From Paraspadella gotoi (lineage: Eukaryota; Animalia; Chaetognatha), in contig CM119265.1 of assembly GCA_051294375.1 (NCBI GenBank), positions 4,505,847 to 4,569,846 on the forward strand: 64,000 nucleotides of DNA, in the 5' to 3' direction. The position numbers were made by a program, and so were the translations under genes. This document shows positions 38,847 through 53,621 of this stretch, one piece after another; the first letter of the stretch is position 1; every line of letters begins with the position of its first letter. The notes beneath the pieces were generated by a model. That model did not search any database, was not told where the DNA came from, and was given only the letters and a program-made list of their open reading frames with translations.

Positions 38847-41333
38847 NNNNNNNNNNNNNNNNNNNNNNNNNNNNNNNNNNNNNNNNNNNNNNNNNNNNNN
38901 NNNNNNNNNNNNNNNNNNNNNNNNNNNNNNNNNNNNNNNNNNNNNNNNNNNNNNNNNNNNNNNNNNNNNNNNNNNNNNNNNNNNNNNNNNNNNNNNNNNN
39001 NNNNNNNNNNCCGCTGCCGCCGCCGACGTCCCCGCCGCCGCCTTCTATTCCGCCTTGACAAGTTTCTTTGTTTCCGGTCCCCATTTGCGGCTGAAATGAG
39101 ATCCCAGCTGCGACGCGCGAAACCCGTAAACCAATTAAATGAATCCCACTTTAAATCACGAGAACTCGGAGAAATTGAGAAATCGCTAGCGTCTCTGGCG
39201 AAGGTTGACGACGACGACGACGACGACAGTGGCGACGACCTTTAAAAATTAGTTCGTCCACAACGTATANNNNNNNNNNNNNNNNNNNNNNNNNNNNNNN
39301 NNNNNNNNNNNNNNNNNNNNNNNNNNNNNNNNNNNNNNNNNNNNNNNNNNNNNNNNNNNNNNNNNNNNNNNNNNNNNNNNNNNNNNNNNNNNNNNNNNNN
39401 NNNNNNNNNNNNNNNNNNNNNNNNNNNNNNNNNNAATTTAAACTACTCATTAGTCAAGACCAAAAAAGAAAAAACAATCTTCTTGCATTAGCCATTACAG
39501 AAAATTAATCAGTACGCAATACATAAGTTTAATTTTAAATTAAAAAAAATATATCTGTGTCGAATGTCCCCATTTCTCCTTTACACTCATTTTTCGATAA
39601 CAGAGTCGACGACGACGACGATGAGAACGACGACGATGAGAACGCCGACGACGACAACGACCACAGCGATGAAGAATTAATGATTACAACGAGATTCGAT
39701 TTAATAATTATATGCAGTGATGTTTGAAATTAAAGTAAACTAAACGCCATTAATTAGGTCGTCATCAGGATATTTGAGGATTATTTTTACGCATTTAATT
39801 AAATAACATAACAAAACAAAAATGATAATTGGAATGGTATTGTAACATAAATTTTAACAAAGGATTGTAACAAACAATTGTAAGAAAAAGAATGGCTGGC
39901 GAATAAGACGCCAAAGACGACGACGACAACGACGACAACGACGAAGACGACGAAATCGTCGAGGACAAAATAGAGGCAATCGAAAGAGAAGCCAACAAAT
40001 GAACAACCGAAGACATTAAAAAAAATGGGCGGCGGCCGGNNNNNNNNNNNNNNNNNNNNNNNNNNNNNNNNNNNNNNNNNNNNNNNNNNNNNNNNNNNNN
40101 NNNNNNNNNNNNNNNNNNNNNNNNNNNNNNNNNNNNNNNNNNNNNNNNNNNNNNNNNNNNNNNNNNNNNNNNNNNNNNNNNNNNNNNNNNNNNNNNNNNN
40201 NNNNNNNNNNNNNNNNNNNNNNNNNNNNNNNNNNNNNNNNNNNNNNNNNNNNNNNNNNNNNNNNNNNNNNNNNNNNNNNNNNNNNNNNNNNNNNNNNNNN
40301 NNNNNNNNNNNNNNNNNNNNNNNNNNNNNNNNNNNNNNNNNNNNNNNNNNNNNNNNNNNNNNNNNNATCGGATAAAGTTAATGATCCATCTGATGATCAG
40401 AGAGGGAGTTTAGAAGGGAGAGGGAGACAGAGAGAGAGAGAGAGAGAAAATTAAATCTTTTTTGTGAGATAGAGGGAGTAATCAGAAGAAAGAAAGAAAT
40501 AATGAAAAAAAAANNNNNNNNNNNNNNNNNNNNNNNNNNNNNNNNNNNNNNNNNNNNGTATACAATAAATCGAATTACTGCATAGTAAGCAAGATGTATC
40601 GGATTATAGATATTGTGACGACAAAACTCGAAACGACGACGTACGACGCAAATAAAATATGACCTTTAACTCCGAAGACAAAAGGGAAATAAATAAAAGA
40701 AAACAATTATTGAAGAAAAAAAAAGAAATTTACGGTGAACTGACAACGACGACGGAAATAAAGACGATGACGAAGATAGCGAACATGAATAGACTTTGTT
40801 TTATTTAAATTTATATCTTTTAAGCTATTATTAGCATTTTTTAATAGCGAAAACCGAGAAATATCTGCTAATGTTTACGCCTTTCGCCACCCGGCGTCGC
40901 TTTTAACCGTTTATCATCCTCCGTGCGTTCGCAGTGAATTTTAAAACAAAAGACTCTGAGCGATGAAGTCGACGAAGCAAACAAGATGGCGGCGCCTAGT
41001 GAAATGAGGAGTGTGAAAAGTTGTCGCCCAGCGTGAGGTGGAGAGAGAGAGAGAGCGAGAGAGCGAGCGAGAAAGTTATAAATTGAAGAAGGGACCCTGG
41101 CCTCGGGCGAAACGAAACGCGGAGTGACTCTGTTTAGGTATAAATGTTTCATAATATAGTTTTTCTTTGAGATAAAATTGTACCATTGCTACGAGTCGCA
41201 TTTGAAAGGGAAAGGCACAAGGCTAAAGTATCGAAAAAACGATAAATATAAATTCGAAGAAAATCGAAAAACAGCTCACCACCCGTGATTTTTCGACCTC
41301 ATTGAAGAAAAAGCGCGGAGAGAAAGACGTGAG

Positions 41334-41375
<42 letters not shown>

Positions 41376-41537
41376 AAATCCCACCCAATCTCTGGCCAGT
41401 CCCCTCTCTCCGACCACCCTCCCACCACCCTTCGGCGGATGTCGGTTCAGAAAAACGAAATCGTAGAAAAGGAAATAAAAATAAACAATAAAACGAAAAA
41501 TAGACGTCACATAAAAAGACGCTGCAAATTTATAGAT

Positions 41538-41988
41538 TACGGATCTTTTTCTTTATTTTTTTTCCTTTCTCTTTTTTTATTCTTTAAGCCTGACATTTTC
41601 TCCTTTTTTTCACTACTTTTTTTTTCCTTTTTTAACTTAACATCGTTCCGTACAATCTTTATTTCGTCTATCTTTTTTTTTCTGTTTTCGTTCATTTCTT
41701 TTGCTCCGTCTCCGTCGTCCACATTTCTTTCTCTCTCCTATTTTGTCTTTCTCGTAAAAAAANNNNNNNNNNNNNACGGATCTTTTTTCTTTCTCTTTTT
41801 TATTCTTTAAGCCTGACATTTTGTCCTTTTTTTCACTACTTTTTTTTCCCTTTTTTAACTTAACATCGTTCCGTACAATCTTTATTTCGTCTATCTTTTT
41901 TTTTCTGTTTTAGTTCATTTCTTTTCCGCCGTCTCCGTCGTCCATATTTCTTTCTCTCTCCTATTTTGTCTTTCTCGTAAAAAAAAAG
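41538..41988 (+). repeat. ~220-bp direct duplicate on either side of a short N-gap (probable unmerged contig overlap)
   Basis: ACGGATCTTTTT...CTCGTAAAAAA occurs at 41538-41762 and again at 41777-41988. Confidence 0.85.
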
Positions 41989-42770
41989 GAAAATGGTCTC
42001 CGCGGATGAATACATCGAAGGAAATGCGAAGCGCGGAAGGATACGAAAAAGAAAAAAGAGATCGCGACAATGAGATAAAACATTCAGGGAAATTCTAAAA
42101 AAAATTCGACTAAAAATAGAGATTTTTTTTTTTTCAAAATGACATCAAAAATAAATTGAATTTAAATGCAAAAGTAAAACATGAAATACGAAGTAAAATA
42201 AAGAATGAAAGGAAGCGGCTTTTTCTGGCATAGTCACTGAAAAATCACAAATTTTAAAATTTTAGCAAAAAAATAGAAAAATAGAAAAAAAAAAAGTTTT
42301 GTGTTCTGTCGACAAGAGTTATAAAATTTTAACATAATGATAAAAGTTTCAGTGAAGTCGAAAAATTTGTTCATCGTTACTCTGAGTGAGATGATGTTTT
42401 GAGGTAGATTTGTGAGAAAGAGTTTGCAATTAGGAGGCGTGAGAGGATTGTTCTTTTCTTTCCTTCTCATCCTTCTGAATCTTCTTTTGTTTTCGCATGT
42501 GTGATTGTATTTGTGTTCGTGTCTCTATTCTCTTTTCTCAATTCTCCCTTCGTCTCTTCCTCCCCCTACCCCTCCCCCTTCTTCCTCTCTCTCTCTCTCT
42601 CTCTCTCTCTTTCCTTCTTTCACTTTCCTTACCTGGAATAAAAAAAGTCAAATCCCGCATGGATTGTCGGCGTCGTCGTTTGAACTCAAGATGATGGATG
42701 ACGATTCTATCCGAAACATTTTTCTTTGTAGCTAGAAAAAGTATTTAACTTCAATGATTTTACCTATTTA

Positions 42771-42805
<35 letters not shown>

Positions 42806-43891
42806 NNNNNNNNNNNNNNNNNNNNNNNNNNNNNNNNNNNNNNNNNNNNNNNNNNNNNNNNNNNNNNNNNNNNNNNNNNNNNNNNNNNNNNNNNNNNNNN
42901 NNNNNNNNNNNNNNNNNNNNNNNNNNNNNNNNNNNNNNNNNNNNNNNNNNNNNNNNNNNNNNNNNNNNNNNNNNNNNNNNNNAAGTTTCCTTGACTCCCG
43001 TGGAACAGACGCTCGACACTCAATATGCAAACTGCTTCTGCTCCTCAACCATCTTCAGCCGACGATTGGGACGACGATGACGACGACAATGAAGAAGAAG
43101 AAGAAGAAGAAGAAAAAGAAGAGGAAGCAGACAATTACTAAGACTAAGTCCTGGGGAAGTGTAACTTGTAAGCGGTATCGTCAGGGGACCATAATAGCCC
43201 CCTTTTTGTAAACTTTTCTAGAAAAGAGAGATTTTACTCTCATTTTACCATCGATCACTTCCCTTAAGAAAATTGTCCGCGGAGTCCATTATTCTGAATG
43301 AGTTAAAACCCCGAGTGTCGCACGATACGAGTTACTCGTTTCACACAAACGAACGAGTAAATCTTTCTCGTTACCTAATTTTAACTTTTGTTCTTAAAAC
43401 CTGTCATATTTCTCTTCGAAATAAAAAAAAGGAGATGACGATTCATTTCTTTTCAATTGAAAATAAAAAATTACGACCGACGTCGAGTTAAAAAAAACCA
43501 AAAAAAAANNNNNNNNNNNNNNNNNNNNNNNNNNNNNNNNNNNNNNNNNNNNNNNNNNNNNNNNNNNNNNNNNNNNNNNNNNNNNNNNNNNNNNNNNNNN
43601 NNNNNNNNNNNNNNNNNNNNNNNNNNNNNNNNNNNNNNNNNNNNNNNNNNNNNNNNNNNNNNNNNNNNNNNNNNNNNNNNNNNNNNNNNNTCGTCTTCGT
43701 CGTCTTCGTCGTCTTCGTCGTCTTCGTCTTTAGTTTCATCGGCTTAATCATCTTTGTCTCTTCCATATTTGATCCGCTTCACAGTCTGTATCAAACCTAA
43801 AGAAAAACCTACGTCTAAGAAATGCACACTTAAGTCTTCAGATATGAAAGCCTTTAAGGCTCAAAACAGAATATACGTAAACTGGAAAATA

Positions 43892-43931
<40 letters not shown>

Positions 43932-44212
43932 GGCGGAGAGGTGGATTAGAGAGGTGGAAGAAGCGGGGTGATAGGGGGGGAAGTGGGGAGAGTAGGATAG
44001 AGAGGGTGAGAAGGGGGAATAGGGGGAAGTGGGGTGGGAGATGATAAAATGCGGGTGAAGGGAAGGGGAATAGGGGGGGATAGGGAGAGGAAGGGGGAAA
44101 GGGAGGGAAGGGGGTTACATTTCTCTTCTCGTACGCGTCTCAACGAAAAACGATTTCGACGAAGACGACGAAGTTTATTAGTCGTTTCGCTGCCCGTTTT
44201 ATAGTGATCTCT

Positions 44213-44255
<43 letters not shown>

Positions 44256-44337
44256 ATCTCTTTCTCTCTCTCTTCTCTCTCCTCTATCTCTTCTTCCTCT
44301 CTCTCTCTTCTCTCGTCTCTCTCTCTCTTCTCTATCT

Positions 44338-44372
<35 letters not shown>

Positions 44373-44636
44373 TTCGTCTATCTCTCTCTCNNNNNNNNNN
44401 NNNNNNNNNNNNNNNTCTCTCTCTCTCTCTCTCCATTTCTTCCTTTCTCACAGATAACTTCCTCAGTGTCAGATTTTTGACGACGAGCATGTTTCAGCGA
44501 TTCCCAGATTAACTTTAGAGTTTTCCAAATACATTTGTACATACAAGATCTTTGTGACTGTATCATTTGATTTNNNNNNNNNNNNNNNNNNNNNNNNNAA
44601 AATCCTGGACTGGAGAGAGAGAGAGAGTGAGAAGAG

Positions 44637-44685
<49 letters not shown>

Positions 44686-44909
44686 TAAGAGAGAGAGAGA
44701 GAGAGAGAATAGTCGACAGTCGAAAACAACATTATGATTATTTTAGTGGTATTCCAAATAATGTTTTCGCTATTGATGACTTAAGTCATTTTTGTCTCAA
44801 CTCCACGACTTTTGTCATCTCATTTCTGAAGTTTTTTTTTCTGCGTTCCCAAGGTTCCATTTTATATCGTTCACAATTGTCAGCACGATTTTTCTTCTCT
44901 TCTCTCTCT

Positions 44910-44941
<32 letters not shown>

Positions 44942-47727
44942 TTCGTCCTTCTTCTCCTGTCTGCTTCTTCTCGCTTCCGCTCATGTGAAAAAAAATCAAT
45001 TTCTGCTTCTGGGTCTAAATGATCTTGCCGCATTCGATGACTCATTTATTTCTTGATGTAAAGTTTAATGTCGTTATAATTAGAATGCTTTTTGTTCAAA
45101 GTATAGTTGAAAAATTCTCACCTTTTAACTGGCTAATGATCACATTATTGCATGAAAAAAAAAAACTATTTGGAATTTTGACATTCTTTAGGCATATATT
45201 ATGGTGAAATAATGGCCCCATGCAATTTTATTATGATTTAAATTTGAAGTTTTAAAAAAAATTTATTATTTATTTAGTGGGTGTTGTTCAAGATCTGTGA
45301 TTTAAATTGGAAAGATTTAAACTATATTTCATTGCGCACTACCTACAGTCTACATTTAAAGTTCAAACTTCGTCTAGTCTCACCGTTTGGGCTAATTCTT
45401 AAAAGATTAATACATAGAAACTTTGAACAACTAATATTGATTTTTTCGTATGAAAGCTTTTTCAAAACAATCAGCATGACAATTTTTTTATCGAATAATA
45501 ATAAATTTCAGTTTGTTTTTATTGTTAGATTGTGGTTGAGGTTCAATGTTTCTCTTGTTTCTTGAAGCAATTTTCTAGCTTTTCTATACGTTTTTATCTC
45601 AATTCAAAGACCAGAGATGTGGATCGACTCGCGGAAAGCGAAAGCGGCCGATTTTGAGGAAAGCGAAACGGGGAGGCGATAGAAAAATTGAGAATAAGGG
45701 ATATGAACCAAGGAAGCTATAATAACTAATGCGTGTTCGTTCCTGATCCATTTGTTCTTTATTCGGTTGAAAGAAAGGCCTTATGTATTAAAACCTTTGA
45801 AACCCTCTCTTTCTCTTTTTCTTTTTCCCCTCCGTTTTTATGTTTTTTATTTTTGTAATTTTTTTTTAACGCTCAAAATTGTTTTCTGCTTTTAATTTTT
45901 TTTATTCGCTTTTTTTCTCATTCTCTTTCTTTTATTCTTTTCTTTCCTTTCTTGTCTCTCTCCTCTTTGTTAAAGAAGAAATTACATATTTTTTTTTAAT
46001 TATTTCTTTTGAGTTATATTTTTAAAGATTAAATAAAAAGTTAAAAAAGTAAAGAAGAAAGAAAAAAAAAGGCAGAAAAATTAGAAAGAAGGAATAAAGA
46101 AAAAAAAAGCATTGAATACTGAAAAAAGGAAATTAAATAAAAAAAGGGAAAAAAAATAAAAGTTTGTAAATAATGTTTTCACAATAATTTTTATTTTTAA
46201 TTTTTTTAAAACTCACTTTATCTGTCGCTTAATCTTCAGCCTGCTCCTCACTTCTGACCACCTAATCATTTCTCAACTCTGTGTTGAAAACTTTTTGGCC
46301 ATCTCACTCTCTCTCTTTTCTCTTCTTTTTCACATAATTTGCCATATTATTTACAAACTCTTAACTTTGGAAGAAAGCTTGATTGTGAGCCAAAACATGT
46401 CCATTTTTTTATACAAAATAAAATTCGTTTGTGAAAACATATTTCAAAAACTTTTTCTAAATCTCAAATCACAACATTATATAGTAAACAGCAGATTTCT
46501 TTCTCGATTTTGGTTGTTCGGTCGGTTAAATTTGGTGTAGTCATTCTACACGTGTAGCAAATGCACGTGAAATAAAATCGCTGCGTGTGCACTCGTTGAG
46601 AAACCGCTCATTGTGATTTTTAGTCCGATCCTGCTTATCCCAAATTCCGAACTCTCATAATTCACTTTGTGGTGTCGTCTCACCCCATAATTAAGACGAA
46701 ACATGTCTGTGAGTTTATTCTTAAAATTCGTTTTGACAATAAGAAACTTTCCTTATATCAAATAAAAATGATAATTTATGAAAAATTTAAATTTCTGATA
46801 CGTGAAGTGATCATCTTGAAGTGATAATCAAGAAGTGAATGAATCGTGAAGCTGGACGATATTAAAGTGACGATTGGGAGGTTGACGCCGGAGCAGATGA
46901 AATCAGAAAGCATATGTATTTTTTTATGATAAAGTTTAATTTCAAAATATTACAGAATATAAATCAGTTTTAAGTGTAGAATAATAATAGCGGAAAATGA
47001 CAGGTAGCTTGACAATATGGAACATATAAAAAAAACCGATTGAGGACGCTATCGGGAAGTTTGAGATTCTTTAGTTAATAATTTTTTTTGATATTTTTAT
47101 AATATACTTTTGCTGGGATTGGAATGTCTGCAAGTAATAACTTGTTGCATTGACTTAAATTTTTATTTAGTTTTATGAAGAAAATATATGATTTGTTATG
47201 TTATGATTTGTTTATAATTTTTGTGATTTAATTGAAAGATTCATATGACTAATAATAAGTAAATTATTTGATTTTCTGCTTACTGCTAATTTTTATGTAG
47301 CAGATCGACATTGTTTGGCTCAATTGTTCTCATTTTCTCATCGTCCAATAAGCTCAAAAAGAAAACTAAATGACTTTAGTATAATTAAACCTATCAACAA
47401 AAGCTGTTTCGTAGTTCGGCTATCACAATTTATCATCACTCCTCAGCTCTGCTCATTACTCGTCTCTTGGTTTAAATGATGACTCTTCAAAAAGTTTAAA
47501 CCGATTCCACAGAATTCGAGAATGATCGAAAACTTTTTTTTACCTGGAAGGTTAGGAATTTTTCTACGACTTCTTGTTGCTCGATTGAACCATAGTCATT
47601 AACACAGGCACCATTTTTTAATATCTTTTAATATTTCTTTTTATAATCTATTTTAAATTATCTATTTTTATTTATTTTACAAAACAAAAGAACTACTCTT
47701 TCAAAACAAAAAAAAAACAAAAAACAT

Positions 47728-49254
47728 ATGACTCCTTCTCTTCCTCCCGACCGTCCTCGCAACCGCCACGCCCACCTCGCCTGGGGTCTACTCCTCATTC
47801 GCCCTCATTACATCATCGTCTCCTCCTACTGCTCTCCTCTCGTTCCGCGCCTCCCTCGCTCAATCTCCATTCCGAGGCATACCTCTATCTCTTTCGTGGG
47901 CGAGTGTCCTCTCGGACTCTTTCTCGTCCGCCATCGCTCTCAAAATTGTGGACGTCCGCTCCGCCTAGGGATGGCTTTCGTCTTCGTGTCATGGGTCTCG
48001 TCAGCAACGCCAATACGTCATGTGGCGTTCGAAATCCGCGCAGCTTGATCCCTCTCGGCGACTACGCGCTTCAGCGCCTGCGGTCTGTTTCGCGCCGCTG
48101 CTGACGTCGGTGTTTGCGAGCGTCGCCTGCGCTCGGGGTCGTCGACGGGTCTGGCGGAGTCCAGTCTGTCGCCTACCTTTGGACTTTTTTTTGGTGGCGC
48201 ATAACGTTCTCTGGTTTTTTGGGGAGAGAAGCTTGCGAGATCGGACAGGTGAGTTAGAGGCGAAGGTAAGTCGCCTCAAGCAGGTGATAATGTGGGACGG
48301 GGCGAACGTGTTTTGTTTTAATGATTTTAGTACTAATTTTCAATAGTAATTTCAATAGTCGAATTTATAATTTTTACTTCATAGTCATATCATAGTATAA
48401 TTTAATTTTTAGGCAGTGAGAGTTTTCCAATATAATATCTTTCTGTACAAACCGTTTTTACGAAATAAATAAGCTTACTACTAGATAACTAATTAAATAA
48501 CTAAACGTAAATACTTATTCTACTAATAGTAAGTAAACAAAGTAAAACCAACTACTGACAAAATTAACTAAGTAAATCGATATAGATAACAATAAAACAA
48601 ATAATTCAGCAACTTTCATACGTCAATAAATGTACGAAATGAACTGATAAATGTAGAAAACTCTAACCTATTCCTAGCCCTTCCCGCTTACCGCTCGTCA
48701 GCCTCCTGCGTCCCGCACTTGTCCCATTCGTGCCCTAGTTTTGTCTACGCCGGCATCGGCGGATTTCCTCACATGATGCTTCCCTTACCTTCTCGCCGGC
48801 CACAGCCCCCTCATTATTCCAAACTTTCTCGTCATCCGCAGTCGCCTGCAGCGGCGTCGTGCGCCGCCGCGCTGCGCTCTTCGCTTCCGGCGGACGGCCC
48901 GCTGTGGCGTCCGTTGGACGGGGCCGTCAGCGTCTCCGCTCCGTGGCGTCAATGTCCACCGTCTACCGTCTGCGCCCAACAAGGTGGCGTGCAACGGTTG
49001 GGAGGCCGTCGAGGCGGCACGCGCCGGTTTGCCTAGGTAACATCGTCTACGCGGCGGACATTCTGTTTTGACGTCGTTCGATGGTCTTTTGGCGCTTTTC
49101 GACGAGCGTTCTCCTCGCCCGTGGAAACGGCGTGGCTGCCGTCGTCGTTCTCGTCGTCATCTTCGTCGTCGCCGGAGCCAAGTTTTTCGAGAATGCCAAA
49201 AGGAGGAAAGAGAGAAGAGGAAGAGGAATGAAGATGAGAGAACTCTTATACTGA
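47728..49254 (+). pseudogene. Frameshifted two-exon multi-pass membrane protein gene, MFS-like (possibly MFSD3/AmpG-type); pseudogene or sequence-error-ridden gene
   Basis: Two GC-rich blocks (about 47728-48248 and 48678-49254) are separated by an AT-rich spacer with GT donors (CAG|GTGAG 48249, AAG|GTAAG 48266) and a CTAAC...TTCCTAG branch point/acceptor ending at 48677. Hydrophobic stretches occur in shifting frames: LAWGLLLI, HTSISFVG..LGLFLV, AIALKIV, MAFVFVSWV, FVYAGIGGF, MSTVY, LGNIVYAADILF, GVAAVVVLVVIFVVAGAKFF + basic tail. Confidence 0.42.
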
Positions 49255-49371
49255 TTTATAAATATTTGGTTATAGATCAATGGGCTACTATTTTATATTA
49301 CCTTGGCAAATCAACAACTTGCCGAAAGCGGCGATATGGGCGTGAGGGTCTTTGTTGTCCTTTGTCACAAT

Positions 49372-49404
<33 letters not shown>

Positions 49405-49405
49405 C

Positions 49406-49462
<57 letters not shown>

Positions 49463-50524
49463 TGAGAGAGATAACAACAACACAACTCGACAGTTGACAG
49501 ACAAATACTGACGGATAGTTGAGGGAAATTCCGGACGAGACGTCATCCGTCAAGTGCGACCAAAGAACTCAAAACATCTCGCTCTCTGTCTCTCTCTCTC
49601 TCTCGGGTAAACATCAGCACTGGTGAGAGCAAACCCCGCTTTTTTTTTTGTCCGTGCGAGTGTCTTTTGTTTTCAACTGCTTATTTTACCAAAATCTTCC
49701 CCACGATGAGTATGGGGTCGTTATGTGGAAGAGAAACGGTCCGTTTTTTTTTCGTTTGTTTACATTCGAATGTATTCTATTTGTAACCTAATCGCATCAG
49801 ATGAAACTTTTTTTGTGATTCCAAGAGTGCCAAATAAATTCCCGGGAACGAACGGTGATAAGTGAATAAATATATATTTAGATTAGGAGAATTTACTCGC
49901 GGGTGGTGATAGATATTTTGATCAACCAATAATTTTATGACAATATTAATAGAATTTGGGAAATACGAGAAAATTGGAAAAAAAAAACTGGAAAAAAAAA
50001 AACAAGTTGAAGAGATATAAAAGGCAGAAAGTAAGAATCATTTTTAATTGGTACCGGCTAAAAAAAAATAAGACAAGAAGGAAAATCATATTTTATATCG
50101 TCAAAACTATAAAAAGTTTCTTAGCTTTTGTCACCGACGACATATTTTTGGTCTTTTCCTCGCGGCGAAAGAGAATAACAGAGGGAAAGAAAAAGGGAAG
50201 AAAAATGAAAGCATATAAAGGGAAGATAGAAAGAAACAAAAACAAAAAGGAGCTTTTGTTATTGGTGGTTTTCAAGGTTAAATTACAAAAATGAAATACG
50301 ATTTCGTTTAGTCCGGTGTTTTTTTTTTCTCAATATAATGACTCAGGCAATTTTCCACTGCAAAATTCTTTTACCAATGACTTCTAATTTTTATTCTCGG
50401 TGGGAACGAGAGAGAGAGTGAGTGAGAGAGAGAGAGAGAAGAGAAGAGAGAGAGGAGAGAGAGAGAGAGAGGAGAGAGAGAGGGGAAGAGAGTGGAGAGA
50501 GAGAGAGAGAGTTTGAGAGAGAGT

Positions 50525-50555
<31 letters not shown>

Positions 50556-50569
50556 CAGAGAGAGAGAGC

Positions 50570-50623
<54 letters not shown>

Positions 50624-50634
50624 AGAGTAGGAAA

Positions 50635-50677
<43 letters not shown>

Positions 50678-53621
50678 ATTTTTCATACAAAAAAATGAAG
50701 AAAGGAAAAAAAAAACTCTTTCTTCTCATTCAATAAATTTTTTTCCATATTTTCTCATTTTCTCGTATTACTTACCGACCCGTCTTTCCCCCCAATTCTT
50801 TCTTTCTTTTTTTTCGCTCTCTTAATTCTTTCTTTTTTCTTTTCAGCTTCCTTCCTCACCTCCCTTTAACTTACCCCCTTAATCGGTTTCCATCATCTTT
50901 CTTTCCTTCCAGTCTATCGTCCTTCAACTCTTTCAGAGATTGCCTTCTCTCTCTCACTATCTATCTCTCTTTCTCTCTCTNNNNNNNNNNNNNNNNNNNN
51001 NNNNNNNNNNNNNNNNNNNNNNNNNNNNNNNNNNNNNNNNNNNNNNNNNNNNNNNNNNNNNNNNNNNNNNNNNNNNNNNNNNNNNNNNNNNNNNNNNNNN
51101 NNNNNNNNNNNNNNNNNNNNNNNNNNNNNNNNNNNNNNNNNNNNNNNNNNNNNNNNNNNNNNNNNNNNNNNNNNNNNNNNNNNNNNNNNNNNNNNNNNNN
51201 NNNNNNNNNNNNNNNNNNNNNNNNNNNNNNNNNNNNNNNNNNNNNNNNNNNNNNNNNNNNNNNNNNNNGACTGGATCGGAGAATTTTCCTCGGTATCCAG
51301 TTCATCGTTTGAATTGAGTTACAATTTACGGTTGTAATAAGCGAGAATACGGCATAAATCAACTCCGGAGCTGTGGGATTTATCATGCATTTCGAAATCC
51401 CATGCCCATGATAATTATAATATAAAATTCAAATATCTCTTCAAATCTATTTCGTAAAAACACTAGTGCCAAAAATATTTTTAAAATTATCCTCAAAAAA
51501 CGAATAAATTACTTTACGTTAAAAGAACCTCCATTCGAGTTAAGGAAAATTATGATTTCCTACCGAAAGAACGCTGACAGTCAATACTCTAAAAAACAGC
51601 CCAAAATAACCAAACAAAGGCCCCAACGGCCAGACCCCAACCTCAGCTAAAAATACCCCAGTAGAGACCCCTACCCCCGCCACCTATAAACTATAGAAAT
51701 TTATGGAGGTTCTTTTGTTTTGGTTCTTCGCTTACGGGAAGAAGATGAGCGTGAGCGTGAGATAAGAGAAAAGAGAGAAAAAAGAAAGTGAAACAAGAAA
51801 AAAAATAACTGAAAGAAAATCTACGAGGGAAAAAAAGTTGTTTTCTGAGTTTTGGCCGAGAGCGGTTCTCCGATGTTTATTGGTATAACGACAAGCGTTA
51901 TAAAGTAATTGATTTTGACAAACAAAGTTTGTATTTCAATTTAAACAGTTAATCACTGTTAATATTTTGAAGCGATGATTCGTGCTGGAACAAAAACAAT
52001 AATCTTTGTGGTAAAATTTGTTAAATGAATAAAGCTCTTTAGTTTTATAATCTTTTTAGTCGACGCGAAAATAAAAGTACCAATTCTCTTTTCCATTTTC
52101 GTCGCTGGCTTCAATTCAGCGCCTCCGTTTCTCTCTTTCGGTTCCTTACCTTTTTTGACTTTCCTTTTCCTTCTCTCGATTATCTGCATTCTTGGAGATA
52201 TTTACGGGGCCATATCCTCGCAGCTTGTTAAACTGTTAAACATCGCGCAGTTTCGGGGGAAGGAACTATAGTTTCACGCAACTAAACCGCCTGCGGCGTC
52301 GGTCTCTCGCCGGGGGATTATTCCGGCAAATCCCGCCCAAATTTACTGACGGGGACGAGCAAATGGCCAACTCTCTCTCTCCTCTCTCTCTCCTTTCTCC
52401 TATCTTTCTCATCTATCTTCTCTTCTCTCAATCGTTCTTCTGTTTTTTGCGGTTTCAAGGATTCTATCTCAACTAGCACGCCGATACAATCTGGCGCGTC
52501 ATAGCTTTGAATTTTTCTTTTGCTTTTCTTTTCAACTATATATTTTAAATACTACAGATGATTAATGACCAGACAAACTAGTACAGAACAAACAAGACAA
52601 GACAAGAAAAAATATAGGGAAAAAAAAAGAAAAGAAGAAGAAAAAGATAATTAAAAAAGAAAGAAAGAAGAGCAATGTATATTGTATGTGTAGAAAAGTG
52701 TGTTATTGAACTGGATATCCAGCTTCTGATTGGAATGTGTCTAATGAAGACTTGAATTAAAATCAAACAACACAACAACAAATGTCTCTTCAAATAAATC
52801 GTTGTTTGCTATAATTCAAACTTTTTCTCAATTCAACACCAAAGATGCTAAGTAACATTCTTTTTTGATTTTTTTTTTTGGTTTGTACACTTTCATTCTA
52901 AAAATTATTATTCATTTGAATCTAAAAAAAAAAAAAACGACGAGAGAGAGAGAGAATATATTTATATATATTATATATATGAATATAAAAAAAAGAGAGA
53001 AAGAGGTTAGACAAAGGAGAGAAAAGAAAGTGAGGAGAGAGAAATAAAAAATAGAAATAAAAGAAATAGAGTGGAGAATAGATACAGTCAAAGAAGATAA
53101 AGAGAGAGAGAGATAGGAGAGAGAGAGACGAGAAGAGAGAGACAGAGGAGAGATGAGAGAGATATATGAAAATAAAAAAAGAGATGAGAGGTACGAAGGA
53201 GAGACAAGAGGAGAAAGTGAGGAGAAGAGATAAAAATAGAAAAAAAAAAGAAACAGAGTGAGAAAAAGGAGAGAGGATACAGATTTTGAAAGAGAGAAAG
53301 AGAGATGAGAGACCGAGAGAGAGAGAGTGAGAGAGAGAGAGATTGAGAGATATAGATTGAAAGAGAGAGCGAGAGAGAGAGAGAGAGGAGATGAAGATAG
53401 AAAAAAATTAAAAGAGAGAGGTAGACCGATAGAGAGAGAGGAGGAATATAAAATAGAGGGTTTGGAATGAATAAATTCAAATAATTATTTATTTATAATT
53501 AGGATGTTTAAGGTTTCGTTATGTTTTTTAGTTAAAATATTTTTATACAACGGTAGCTGCCCATAATGATAGATTCACGGCGGGGACAGGGCTTCAACGT
53601 CATATCACATCACAAAATAGC

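Noticed and set aside
41538-41988. Tandem duplication as a biological event
   Set aside because: The copies abut a short N-gap, typical of unmerged allelic contig ends.
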